Source: a virus. Taken from it: 64,000 nucleotides of DNA. The position numbers were made by a program, and so were the translations under genes. This document shows positions 1 to 10,900 of the stretch, one piece after another. Positions within the stretch are counted from its first letter, which is position 1; each line of letters opens with the position of its first letter. The notes beneath the pieces were generated by a model that did not search any database, was not told where the DNA came from, and was given only the letters and a program-made list of their open reading frames with translations. The stretch is from positions 1 to 64,000 of IMG/VR virus record IMGVR_UViG_3300027777_000001; one strand, given 5' to 3'.

Positions 1-22
1 GAAACTTCAGATCCAAGATGCC

Positions 23-553
23 ATGCTAACGGCAGCTCTTCAACGTACAGAAGTAACAGCTCAAATTGCACAGATCAATGCACAAACTATTGGGGTGACC
101 CGACAGAACGATAACTTGTTAATTCAAGGTGCTCAGGTTACACAACAAACTTTGTTGTTAAACCAACAGACAGCGAATGCGTTGATCGAACATGACAACC
201 TGATTAAACAGGGTTGTGTCTTGGCTTCACAGTTTGATATGAATATGGGTACTGTGGCTCGGGTTGCAGCAGAGACCTTGTTGCTAACCCAGAAGAAGAT
301 CACGGAAGCCGCACAAACCACCGCACAGTCGGTAGACGATAGCAGCGTTGTGGGTTGTCAGAAAGCTCTGTACAAAGCCCAGACAGCAGGCTTTGCACGG
401 AACTCTGAGCAGGCCGCAACCAAGCTCCTGATTGATACCTGGTCGATTCGTCGTACCACGGACACAGGCACCTTGGCGGATGGAACCAATCAATTAAATG
501 ATGCCACCATTGGTCGGGCAGTCTCCAAGATGCTTGCAGGTGTTGGGGCATAG
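23..553 (+). CDS. Virion structural protein, N4 gp54-like (C-terminal part; frame probably begins before the window)
   Basis: Q/T/A-rich ORF in the position preceding the gp53/gp52/gp51/vRNAP run of N4-like phages. Confidence 0.6.
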   Translation: MLTAALQRTEVTAQIAQINAQTIGVTRQNDNLLIQGAQVTQQTLLLNQQTANALIEHDNLIKQGCVLASQFDMNMGTVARVAAETLLLTQKKITEAAQTTAQSVDDSSVVGCQKALYKAQTAGFARNSEQAATKLLIDTWSIRRTTDTGTLADGTNQLNDATIGRAVSKMLAGVGA

Positions 554-574
554 CCTCTTTAAATAGGGGGATGT

Positions 575-2914
575 ATGGGGTTCTTTCAGGGGCGGGAATA
601 CACCACTGTTGGAACCACCATGTCTCGAGTTATCGAGGACAAGATCCTTCCTGACTCAGGCAAGAATGGGGCGATTAAGTCTCTCTTTCAAGGTGGCAAT
701 GTCACCGACTATATCCAAGATGAATTAACCAATTCCTTGGGCATTCGTGCTAAGCGAATGTATGAGTACGCTGAGAAAGAGTATGCCTTTGGAATGCCCT
801 CAGGGGAATTCTATCTAGCCTCCCAAGGGGTGCCTGAAGTCAAGGCGATCTTGGATGCACAGACAGGCACCGATACTCAACCCGATTACACCCATTTAGG
901 GCCCATGAATACGCTGCACATGGCGTGGATCGCTTTGGTGCGTGATTATGGCTATGACTCCTCTAAGAACGAGCTCACGACCCTCTCAGCTCGAACAGGT
1001 AAGAAGTGTTATCTCACCGATATGCAGGTCATTATTCCTGCAGCAACTTTTGATATTCTGAATCCAAAGGCAATCGAGCAATGGGGAATTTCACCCAAGG
1101 CAGGGTTCATTCCGAGCAATAGCCAAGTCCCTTACTTGCCAGAGATTGGGGCATTGGTTGATCACACGCCTGTTAAGCGAGACACCACAGTTACCTTTGA
1201 ACAGGTGTTGGTGAAGTATGTCACCATCCTCTCTGACCCAGAGATCAATGTGTACACAGGGCTTTATGACGAGGAACTGGTCACAGAAGAGTTAGAACTC
1301 ACAATGCCTATTGTGGGGTTCAGTTCCTCAGCGGATTACTTTCACGCCATGTACGAGATCAGTGGGCGTAGGTATTATTGGATGTATCAACTTGGCACGG
1401 GTGGATATCCACAGTTGGATGCCATCTTCAATGTCCCACCTTCAGTAGCAGGGGAGTTCTATCCCTTTGGTTACTTTAGGTTTAATAAATACAACATATC
1501 AAACGATAAGAACTCGCCATTATATAAAACCAGTAAGGCGATGTTTAAGCATTTGCAGCTCAATTATGATGCGATTAGCAAGGCCGTGGAGGAGAATCCA
1601 AGTATTGGGGACATCGAGCAAGCCATGATGATGAGCATGGTTCCAGCCAATACTGAGAACCATGACGAGCAAGAGTATCTGTATACCTTCTTTGAACGTC
1701 TACGGCTAAACCAAGATAACACCACGGGTTCATTTACGTTAGAGAGCATTCTCTCAAGCCTGACTCGAGGAGGCGTAGGAGAAGTGGCTTCTGCCATCGT
1801 CATCCAAGATAAGATTTTCAAACTATCCGTGAGTAATTCAGGGATATTTAAGAAACGTATGGGTGGCTCGATTGGGAAACGAGGAACCTATAACAGCAGG
1901 TTCGCAGAGAGACGGGGAAGCTTTCCCGCAATAGATGGGGGTGGTGAGAAGTATCAACGGGAATACATTATCCCGTGCCACTACTACCAGTACCAAGTCT
2001 CGGACTCGATGTATGACGAGATTGAAGTCATTAATCTAACCACCCAATACTTCATCTTTGAGCGTTATACGACCATTGGCTTTGGTGTGAATACGCTTGT
2101 CATGGTGCCTCTTGATCGAAGCATTATGACGGATTATTCAATCCCTCATGCAGAGAGATTATTTTCACGATCTTTATATTATGTTTTTAATAGTCGAGTA
2201 GACACATCCCTGCCTTGGTATAGCTCGGATGCAGTGTCATTAGTATTATTTATTATTGCTGCCGTAATGATGTATTTTGGTATTGCAGAAGGAATGGAAG
2301 CATGGATTGGATTAATGGCAACTTACACAGCCATTCAAGTTGTTATTAATATTCTGATTAAATTACTGGTGGCAATTGTTATTCAATTTGCCATTCGTAA
2401 AGCCATCGAAGCAGTCGGCCCAGAGTTTGCAATTGCCATAGCAGTCTTGGCTGCAGCAGTAGCCTTATATGGTGGCTTTGGTAATACAGGCTTTGGCTCC
2501 AATATGTGTAGCGCCCCATTACCTTTTGCAGAGCAAGTATTAGCAGTGGCGACGAGTTTAGTTTCCCCTGGCAATATTGCTCTAAGTATGGCAAATGGAG
2601 TATCTGAGTATTATTCGGATAAAATAAAAGATATAGATACTGAGTTTGAAGAATTAAATATTCGAGCCTTTAAAGATAATGAATTATTTAATAATGCAGA
2701 ACAGTTATTAGCGACATCAACATTACTTTCCCCATTAACTATTATGGGTGAAGAGCCAGAAGATTATTATCGACGTACCGCACAATCTGGCAATGTTGGG
2801 GTAGCAGCGATTAATGGGATTAATAATTATGTGGAACGGGCTTTGACTCTACCCACGTTTGCACAAACGCTATACGGTGTAGACGCCAGCTTGGATGTTG
2901 AACAGACAGTTTAA
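575..2914 (+). CDS. Virion structural/ejection protein, N4 gp53-like
   Basis: 779 aa with a cluster of hydrophobic helices near the C-terminus; synteny upstream of vRNAP. Confidence 0.65.
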   Translation: MGFFQGREYTTVGTTMSRVIEDKILPDSGKNGAIKSLFQGGNVTDYIQDELTNSLGIRAKRMYEYAEKEYAFGMPSGEFYLASQGVPEVKAILDAQTGTDTQPDYTHLGPMNTLHMAWIALVRDYGYDSSKNELTTLSARTGKKCYLTDMQVIIPAATFDILNPKAIEQWGISPKAGFIPSNSQVPYLPEIGALVDHTPVKRDTTVTFEQVLVKYVTILSDPEINVYTGLYDEELVTEELELTMPIVGFSSSADYFHAMYEISGRRYYWMYQLGTGGYPQLDAIFNVPPSVAGEFYPFGYFRFNKYNISNDKNSPLYKTSKAMFKHLQLNYDAISKAVEENPSIGDIEQAMMMSMVPANTENHDEQEYLYTFFERLRLNQDNTTGSFTLESILSSLTRGGVGEVASAIVIQDKIFKLSVSNSGIFKKRMGGSIGKRGTYNSRFAERRGSFPAIDGGGEKYQREYIIPCHYYQYQVSDSMYDEIEVINLTTQYFIFERYTTIGFGVNTLVMVPLDRSIMTDYSIPHAERLFSRSLYYVFNSRVDTSLPWYSSDAVSLVLFIIAAVMMYFGIAEGMEAWIGLMATYTAIQVVINILIKLLVAIVIQFAIRKAIEAVGPEFAIAIAVLAAAVALYGGFGNTGFGSNMCSAPLPFAEQVLAVATSLVSPGNIALSMANGVSEYYSDKIKDIDTEFEELNIRAFKDNELFNNAEQLLATSTLLSPLTIMGEEPEDYYRRTAQSGNVGVAAINGINNYVERALTLPTFAQTLYGVDASLDVEQTV

Positions 2915-2945
2915 ATACTCTCGATGAGAGATACGGAGTTTTATT

Positions 2946-3434
2946 ATGAATATGCGTGTAAATGGAAATCAAGGGTTGCGTCTACCCGATAGTTATAGCC
3001 AACCCATTGCTACTGGATCCTTTTTGGATTCGGGAACATCCTCGGATATGAGTAGCTATTTAGACTTTGGTGGCTCGAGTGGTGGAAATGGAAACGGTAT
3101 CCGTTCAGGCCCTGTTGAAAACTATCTTCCTTCGGTAGCTGCTCCTGCAGGTGGAGGAGGAATGGGTTGGCTATTTGGTGATGCCACTCAAACAGGCCAA
3201 ATGGGGAACATTCTAGGTGGTATTGGCGCAGCAGGAAAGATGTACATGGGTATGCAGCAATACGGCTTAGCCAAGGATGCCCTGGCTCAATCCAAAGAGC
3301 AATACGCCAAGAACTATGCAGCGCAGCAGAGCATGACTAATGCCTCGCTCTCGGATCGACAGATTGCACGCAACGCAGCAGGCCCCGGCTATCAAGATAC
3401 AGCGGGCTATATGGCTCAATACGGGATTAAATAA
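2946..3434 (+). CDS. Small Gly-rich virion protein, N4 gp52-like
   Basis: 162 aa, Gly-rich, no Cys, GGAG RBS, synteny. Confidence 0.6.
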   Translation: MNMRVNGNQGLRLPDSYSQPIATGSFLDSGTSSDMSSYLDFGGSSGGNGNGIRSGPVENYLPSVAAPAGGGGMGWLFGDATQTGQMGNILGGIGAAGKMYMGMQQYGLAKDALAQSKEQYAKNYAAQQSMTNASLSDRQIARNAAGPGYQDTAGYMAQYGIK

Positions 3435-3436
3435 TC

Positions 3437-4861
3437 ATGGCTAACCCAATCACATGGCAGAACGTAGACACGGGTACAGGGGCAGCAACAGCCGCCTATG
3501 GTGCAGGACGGTTAATGGATTCAGCTACCACAGGTATTACAGGTGGCATGGATCAGATTAAAGGTGTTTATGACCAGTACCAAAAGGATCGCAAGGTTGA
3601 CAATACCGCAGCGTATGAAGCTGAGATTGCTAAGTACACCACCCCAGAGGCTTTGAAAGCCGCACAGGATAGTGGCGTATTGGCTAATCTAGGTAAGCAA
3701 TTTGGCTTACAGATGAATCAAGACGTACTGAAGAACGGTGTAAGGAATGCACAAACCAGTCTCCGTGGTGATGTCACTGCAGATAACGCATACACAGATA
3801 TGCTGGGTATCCGTAAAATTGAAAACCCTGTTGATACATTTGCCCGAGAAAGAATAGATGCTATTGATAATCAAAGAGTAAGAATTCGTGCAGCCGACGA
3901 TACAAGTGCAACGTCAGGATTAACACGGCAAGGGTTGCAAAATACGTTAACTGAATATGCATTGAATGCACCCTTACGTGCAATTACTAGAACAGGTCTA
4001 GAAGGTACAGCAGCTGGCGTAGTTCGAGATAATGCTTACGATTTAACGCCACAAGGTATAAAAGATAAAGCAACTAAACGTAGGGTAGCGGGCGGTATAG
4101 ACCAAGCTACAGAAGTAAAACAGAATGATGTTGTTCAGGATCGAGCTGGATTGAATTTTATGAATCAAGCCTATGCACAATTAGCAACTGATTTGCGGAG
4201 TGGTGTAGGTACCCCTGAAAGTATGAATTTAGCTGTATTGAAAGTTAAATCTGATTTAAGGGCTCAAGGTTTTTCGGATGCAAAAATTGAAGAGTTTCAC
4301 GCCGCCAATGCAGAAGGGCTCTATCCAACGACTCATTTTGCGGGAGACGCTGCTCGTCGCACCCTCGCGGCTGCTAAGGTAGTAGCACAGGATACTGTTG
4401 AAGAGCAAAAAAATCCTGTTTGGAAAGCATCGATTAATACTAAATCCAATACGGAACAAGCAGGTGATGTGCTTGCAGGATTCATGCCCAAACCTAAACC
4501 AATGGAAGGAATTGGTCAGAATGAAACTTCAGATGAGAGAAAGGGTCGCCATAATTACGAAGCTGCACAATCATTTATAACTGGTTTAATTGGTACAACG
4601 TACACTTTTGGTGGCAAAACAATGACTGTCACTTCTTACGATGTTCAAAATGCACTTGCAACCGGAGGCGCACACGATAAAGGATTATGGCAATTGTTTA
4701 CTAACCCGCTTGCCAATGAAGGTATTCAGGTTTATAAAAAAGATACTGAAGCGGCCCTTAAAAAGATAATGATGTCACCTGAACGAGTTAAGCAGCAAAC
4801 TTGGTATGACAGAAAGAATGAGGGTAATGTCCGAGCTATTACTGGGACTCCTAATAAATAA
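3437..4861 (+). CDS. Internal virion protein, N4 gp51 position
   Basis: 474 aa, no Cys, begins MANPITWQNV, immediately upstream of vRNAP. Confidence 0.55.
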   Translation: MANPITWQNVDTGTGAATAAYGAGRLMDSATTGITGGMDQIKGVYDQYQKDRKVDNTAAYEAEIAKYTTPEALKAAQDSGVLANLGKQFGLQMNQDVLKNGVRNAQTSLRGDVTADNAYTDMLGIRKIENPVDTFARERIDAIDNQRVRIRAADDTSATSGLTRQGLQNTLTEYALNAPLRAITRTGLEGTAAGVVRDNAYDLTPQGIKDKATKRRVAGGIDQATEVKQNDVVQDRAGLNFMNQAYAQLATDLRSGVGTPESMNLAVLKVKSDLRAQGFSDAKIEEFHAANAEGLYPTTHFAGDAARRTLAAAKVVAQDTVEEQKNPVWKASINTKSNTEQAGDVLAGFMPKPKPMEGIGQNETSDERKGRHNYEAAQSFITGLIGTTYTFGGKTMTVTSYDVQNALATGGAHDKGLWQLFTNPLANEGIQVYKKDTEAALKKIMMSPERVKQQTWYDRKNEGNVRAITGTPNK

Positions 4862-4903
4862 TAACTGGCATTATAAGTATTAATAATTGTTAGTTTAAAG
4901 ATA

Positions 4904-4955
4904 ATCCCTATACAGTATAAAATAGTAATAATTAAAAACTATTCTGTATAGGGAT
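4904..4955 (+). promoter_or_regulatory. Inverted repeat covering the vRNAP ribosome-binding site
   Basis: ATCCCTATACAG (4904-4915) and CTGTATAGGGAT (4944-4955) form a perfect 12-bp stem; the 3' arm holds AGGGA just before ATG 4960. Confidence 0.55.
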
Positions 4956-4959
4956 ATTA

Positions 4960-7900
4960 ATGGCTACCTTTGATATTGACCAATATCTTGCAGACCAACA
5001 TAATGCCTCGCTAGAAGCCTCTAAGCTTGCTGCGAATATCCCAAAACCAGTTGAACCAGTTAATACTGTTCCAGAGTTTCCTGATAATTCTATATTCGGA
5101 AGTAGCCCTACCAATATTAAAGATAAATTGGCAGAAGTATATCGAGCCAGTAAACAAAAGGTTGAGCAATTAGCAACTGATATTGGCAATATTAAACTAG
5201 CTCAAAATCCTGAGACGGTCACGCTGACCGATCAATTTAAAGCATCATTAGCTGGAGTTCAGAAAGATTTAAATGGCTCGCTAACTGCACCGCTTGATCC
5301 TGATCCACAGAAAAATACGCTTGCGTATAAAAACTGGGTGGCTAACGGTAGCCCCGGATTTGAGTACGATCCCGAAAGTACGGCAGCTCAATTTAATAAT
5401 GGAGTAGCTCGAGTTGATTCTGGTATCGCTCGGTCTATTGGAAATATTAAAGCTGGGTTACTGGCTCCGGGTCTTGTGCTTGCCGATAATGCAACGACTG
5501 AACAAGAGAAAGCTGCATATAACCGTCGAGCTGCAGGGTTTGAATACGGCGATGGTCAACGTGCAAATCCAGGGGACGACGCACTATTGAACGCCCCATC
5601 TAGTGTGAACTTGTCTGCCATCACAGGGGTCGGAGACAATCCCAATTACCAGTTAGGTACTTCAGGAGGTTCTCTTAAAGAGCGAGCCACACAGATTGTT
5701 CCTGAACGTAAGGCAACCATCCTTGAATTACTGGATCATTCGAGAGCGACAAGCAAACAGATTGATGACATTGCCACTTCCCATGATCTTGGGTCTCTGG
5801 TAGATCATGCTGCGGAGGATCGAGTAACAGCGGCACAGAAAGACTGGGTTCCTCAGAATTTAAAAATGAGAGACAGTTTTAGTATCAACAGAAAGAGTGC
5901 TGCAAGTAATTTTGCAGAGGGTAATTTTAAAGAAGCTTTAATAAATGCAGAAAGTGCGTTAGCAGATGGCGCTTCAGTTACTGGACATTACGCTGCCAAT
6001 ACGGTTAGAGATCTATTTAATCACCCCGATATTATCGAAGCTGCGGTTCAAGATAACTCGCCTCAATTGGCGCTTGGTTTAATCCCTGTAGTTGGAGCGA
6101 CCGCTTTAGGCGTATTGAACGCAGGTTATGGAGCCCAGATGTACGCCAAGGGTGAGCAGAAATATACAAAAGAAACGGGTATACCGTTTGCACCACAAGG
6201 GGAAAGAAATGTACAAGCTGTTGCATCGGGAGCTGCAGCTGCAGCTGAATTTGTTGGAGATTTAATCCCTGTTGGGGGAATTACGAAAGCTGGGCAAGCT
6301 ATTAGTGGCTTGGGTAAAGATGCTGCTGCTGTTGCAGCTAAAGTCTCTGCTGAACAAGCTGCTAAGACTGCAGCTGAAGCTGGGTTTGTAAACCGAGTCA
6401 AGGCTGGAACCCTCGATACAGCAAAGGCTATGGCGGGGGAATTTACAACAGAGACATTCCAATCACCCTTAGAAAACATAGCTAACCGTGAGGCTTATGA
6501 CCCATATGGGCAAGCCTTGTCAAGTGTCATGGGTGCAGCTGGTGGTGCAGGAATGAATGGCCCGTCCTCAGTTGTCACACAACTTGGGAAAGCAGCTCAA
6601 GCTGTACAAGATAAGAAAGCAGTAGCAGAGCAAGCCAAAGCAGCACAACAAAAAGAAGCCATTGACTTCTACCAAGCCGCAGAGAAAAACGATGCTTCGA
6701 TCTACACAGATCCAACAAGCAAGACCTACGATCCAGTTAAAGCTGCAGGGGTATGGTTTACCCATAGCCAACAAGCTACGACAACCCCCGAGACAAAGGC
6801 GGAAAACTTAGCCAAGGTTACGGATCTTCAAGCACAGATGCAGGCTGACATTGAATCCGTCAAGGGTTCAGTTGAATCTAGCCAGCCTAAAGCCCAAGCA
6901 GCATTGCTCGATCAACAAGCCAAGTTACAGGCATCGTTGTCGATTGCTACTCCAGCACAGACGGAACAGATTAACCAAGCCTTGGGTGAGTTGCAGCAAA
7001 AGATTGATCAACCTGTCTTGGATACCCGAGGTCTTAAAGATGCGGGGTTACGTGCTACCAAGATGGAGAAGCAGCTAGAACAGATCACAGCCATGCGTAC
7101 AAGGCTTGATCTAGAAGCAGGTGCCCAAGGTAGTCAAGATGGGATCAACGCTCAGAGAGCCTCTACAGAGGTTCCTGTGGCACCTGTTGCAAGTACGACA
7201 AACAATCAAGATGGCAAGTCTAGCTATGATCCAAGTGGGTACATGGATACGAAAGAATGGCAAGCAATTGACGCACAGCATAGTCCTGTTGAAGCTCAAT
7301 GGATTGCTATGGAAAGTGGCCCTGAGTCTCAAGCGTTTTATGAAAAGAATGTTAAAGATTTGACAGCTCAAAAAGATGCAATTCGAGACGCTTGGCAAAA
7401 GAACGATCCAGCAAATGCATCTGTAAACCAAACTGTAAACCAGTCAGCTAATCAAAGTCCGTTACCTGCAAGCGCCAAAGACATTCCCCTTAATCCAGCT
7501 AGTCGTATTGGGGATTTACTGGATCTGGACAATCAAGACCATGAAGGGGTGTTCGACGCTATCAAAATATTGGCAATGGTAAGAAAAGGTCATCGAAGAG
7601 GAATGACAGCAGATCAATTAAAAAACGATACATTTATTAGAACCAGTTTAGCGGGACTTACCTTAAGAGCAAAGACTGATAAAACTGCCCAACAAGGTTT
7701 AGATTATTTTAATAAAAAGTTTGATGATATTGTTAGTCAATCTGATGAGTCTGCTGCATCTAATGCAATTGCAAAAGATCTTCTAGGAAATACAGTTCCA
7801 TTAAAGGATTTATTGCAGCATATTATTAATGAAAACAAAGACCCCGAACTTACTAAAATTGCTAAACAAATATTAAAAGTAGCGGGTGATGTTCCAGTAT

Positions 7901-10900
7901 CAACTCAGTCTGAACGAACTGAGGTAGGTGGGTTGTACGACATTATAAATCAAACTATAGAGATCACTGAAAGTTACTTAAATAATGGGGGTGTTGCTGA
8001 TCCTGATACAGCTGAAATTGTTTTACATGAAGGTGGACACGCTGCAACCATATATGCACTTGTAAAAAATCCAGCGCTTAGAAAACAGTTGTATGACTTA
8101 ATGGAGCACGTTGCTAAAACAAATCCAGAAATGCTGCAAGAGTATGGACTAACTGACACAGCTGAATTTTTAGCAGAAGGTTTTGCTAATCCAAAGTTTC
8201 GTGCAAAATTAAAAGAAATTGCCCCATCAGGGATTAACCGAGGAAAGTTTGCTAACGCTTGGGCAGAGTTTGTGGAGTTTATTCGTAAGGCACTTGGATT
8301 GCCTGTATCTACAAGATCTGCTTTGACGGAGCTCATGGAACTTGGTAATCAAGCCATGCGTGAAACTGGTAAAGCTAAAAATAAAAAGATAACAATAAGA
8401 GAATTTAACGATGCAACAGCAGAAGAAATTGCGCCAATTCAACAAGTAGTTGATCCATTAATTGCTATTAAAAATAATGTTTCTGACTCTAATATAAAAG
8501 ACCTTATAGATGAGGCGATAAAAAAAGCGTCGAGGCAAACAGTAGTAGCTGTTGCTGTTGTTGAAGCTCTAGAAAAATTACGTATTATTTCTGAAACTGC
8601 ACCTGAAACAATTACTTTAGACTCTTTTGACAAAGCTGTTGATTCAATGGTGTTTAAATTAAGTAGCCCAAGAAAAGAAGGCCAAGGTAATTCAACCGAA
8701 GCAGACACACAGACTACAGAGAAGACTCTAGAAGAACAGAATGCCTCAGTCCCTGAGGCTCCTACGAATAAAGATTCTAAGAAAGAAACTAATAAAGAAT
8801 CTAATGCTGGTGGTTTAGATGTTCTTAACCAACCTGTATCGCCTAAAGGTACAGCGTATAACTTACGCAATGTCATCACGGATTACTTTACCCAGAACGC
8901 AGGCAAGGATACCAACGGTACGCAAAGACCCTTGGTTAAGGTTCGTGACTTCTTGACATCACTCTTGGCTGAACCAACCCTTGCTGAACAGTTTGTGAAG
9001 GGTAAGGAGTTATCTGAGCGTCAACAAGAAGCTGTTGCTTTCTTTGCTAAGACAGCCATGGCATGGCTCCCAACGATTCAAGAAGCTTTGTTTAAGCGGG
9101 CAGATCCTACTTACTACGCGGATAACGATCCTTTGCAATTTCTCTATACCGAGGTCTTAGATGCCAACGGTAAACCTACAGGCAAGTTTGATGCAGATGA
9201 GAACTACAAGACTGCGATTGCTTATGCAGCATTTTCTACCATTCAAGACATGGCAGGAAATGGGGAGTTAAATAGTCAAGCCACAATCAATAAGATGCTG
9301 GGTCGTTTGGCTGACCATGAGGTTACGCCTGAGGAATGGAGAGCCTTGGGTAGGATCGGTACGCTTGAGGATCTACTGGCTAATGCAGCAGGGCAAGTAG
9401 CCTATGAAGCTCTTGGTTTACAAGTCAAGAATATGGAGACTTGGAATAACTTACCTGCTCAGATTAAGACATCGATGGGAGCTCATGTTATGAAGCTTCT
9501 CATCGAGCAAGGCTACATTGAACGCCATCTCCTTGATGCCACAGATATCAGTGCAATGAGGGGCTATAGCTCTACTGGTGGATCAGATACCACGACCAAT
9601 TACACAGGGCTTGAAAACCTGTCTTACTTTACTTTAGCGCGGGAAGGACAGCCCACAGATCTGCAGCGTCCATTAACAGGTGAGTTGCAACAGATCGTAG
9701 ACTCTGTGAAGGGTACGCAAGGTATCTTAGATAAAGTGTTCTCTATTGAATCAGCTACCAGATGGCCAAGCCTTGAGCCATTAGAACCCCACCAAGTCAA
9801 TGCTAAGAACTCTGATCAATTAGTTCCTGATACGTTGGGTACGATTATTGATAAGAAATTAAAAGAAGTGAATAAGTTACGGCAAGATGTCTGGCACGTT
9901 TTAGGGGGGTTCACTCGAGATTTTACCCTTGAGATGATGGGGAAAGAAGATAGTACCCAAGCGCAAAAAGGACGCAGGTTATCGGTTGAAGCCAAGAACC
10001 AGAGTCTAGAAAGAGAGTTTGATCAGTACAGGGAACTTGGTACGATTCTTTTAACCACAGGGACTAAGGACTTAGGGCAGCCGTACTTCTTGGATTACTC
10101 AGTGTGGAAACAACACCGAGTCGGAATTGCGACGAATGGCTTTAACCCTAACTCGAGTAAAGCTCAGCGTCAACAGTCGTACCAGCCTGATTGGGAAACC
10201 AAGATTGATAGGAATGACTCTGCACAAATGGATAATTTCTATTTGGGAGTTGCAGAGGGTTTTGGTATTGCAACAGACAATGTTCCAAATGCAGTAAGCC
10301 TCGTAACAATCAAAGATCGGTTTGCACAGGCCGATGTAGTAGAGGCGGTCGAGATATTGCGTCAACGTATGGTTAGTGTTGATCCAGAACCGTTTACCGA
10401 TGCTGAGCAACAGAAGATAGTTTCACTGGTTAAGAAAGGCAAAGAGAATCTTCATTCTCTGAATTCATTAATTGCTTTGGCTCATTTCTCTGAAGCGGTT
10501 AAGACTAATTCAGATACATTCACGGTTCAGATCCCCGCAGAGCGTGATGGTAAGACGAATGGCCCAATGCTGGCTAATGCCTTCTTTGGTGTGGGATCAA
10601 GCCCTGCAGAGCTCTTTAAGACCCTCAATCGTGGGGGATTCTTTGAAGTCGGTAATCCAGATACACAGTTCAATATCTGGAAAGGTAAAGGCAATCTAGA
10701 CCTGTACGAAAAAGGTACAGGGAATTTGCTTAGGACTCTTCAATGGTTGATCACAGAAAAGAAAGTCTTTGGTTTTATTAAGGATACCGTTCAGGTATTC
10801 ACCAAGAGTTTGACCGACCCTAAAACAGGGGGTGTCAATTCTGTCGGTCGAAACATGATGAAGAAGCCTACCCAAGAGGTGGTCTATGGCTCGTCTTCTA

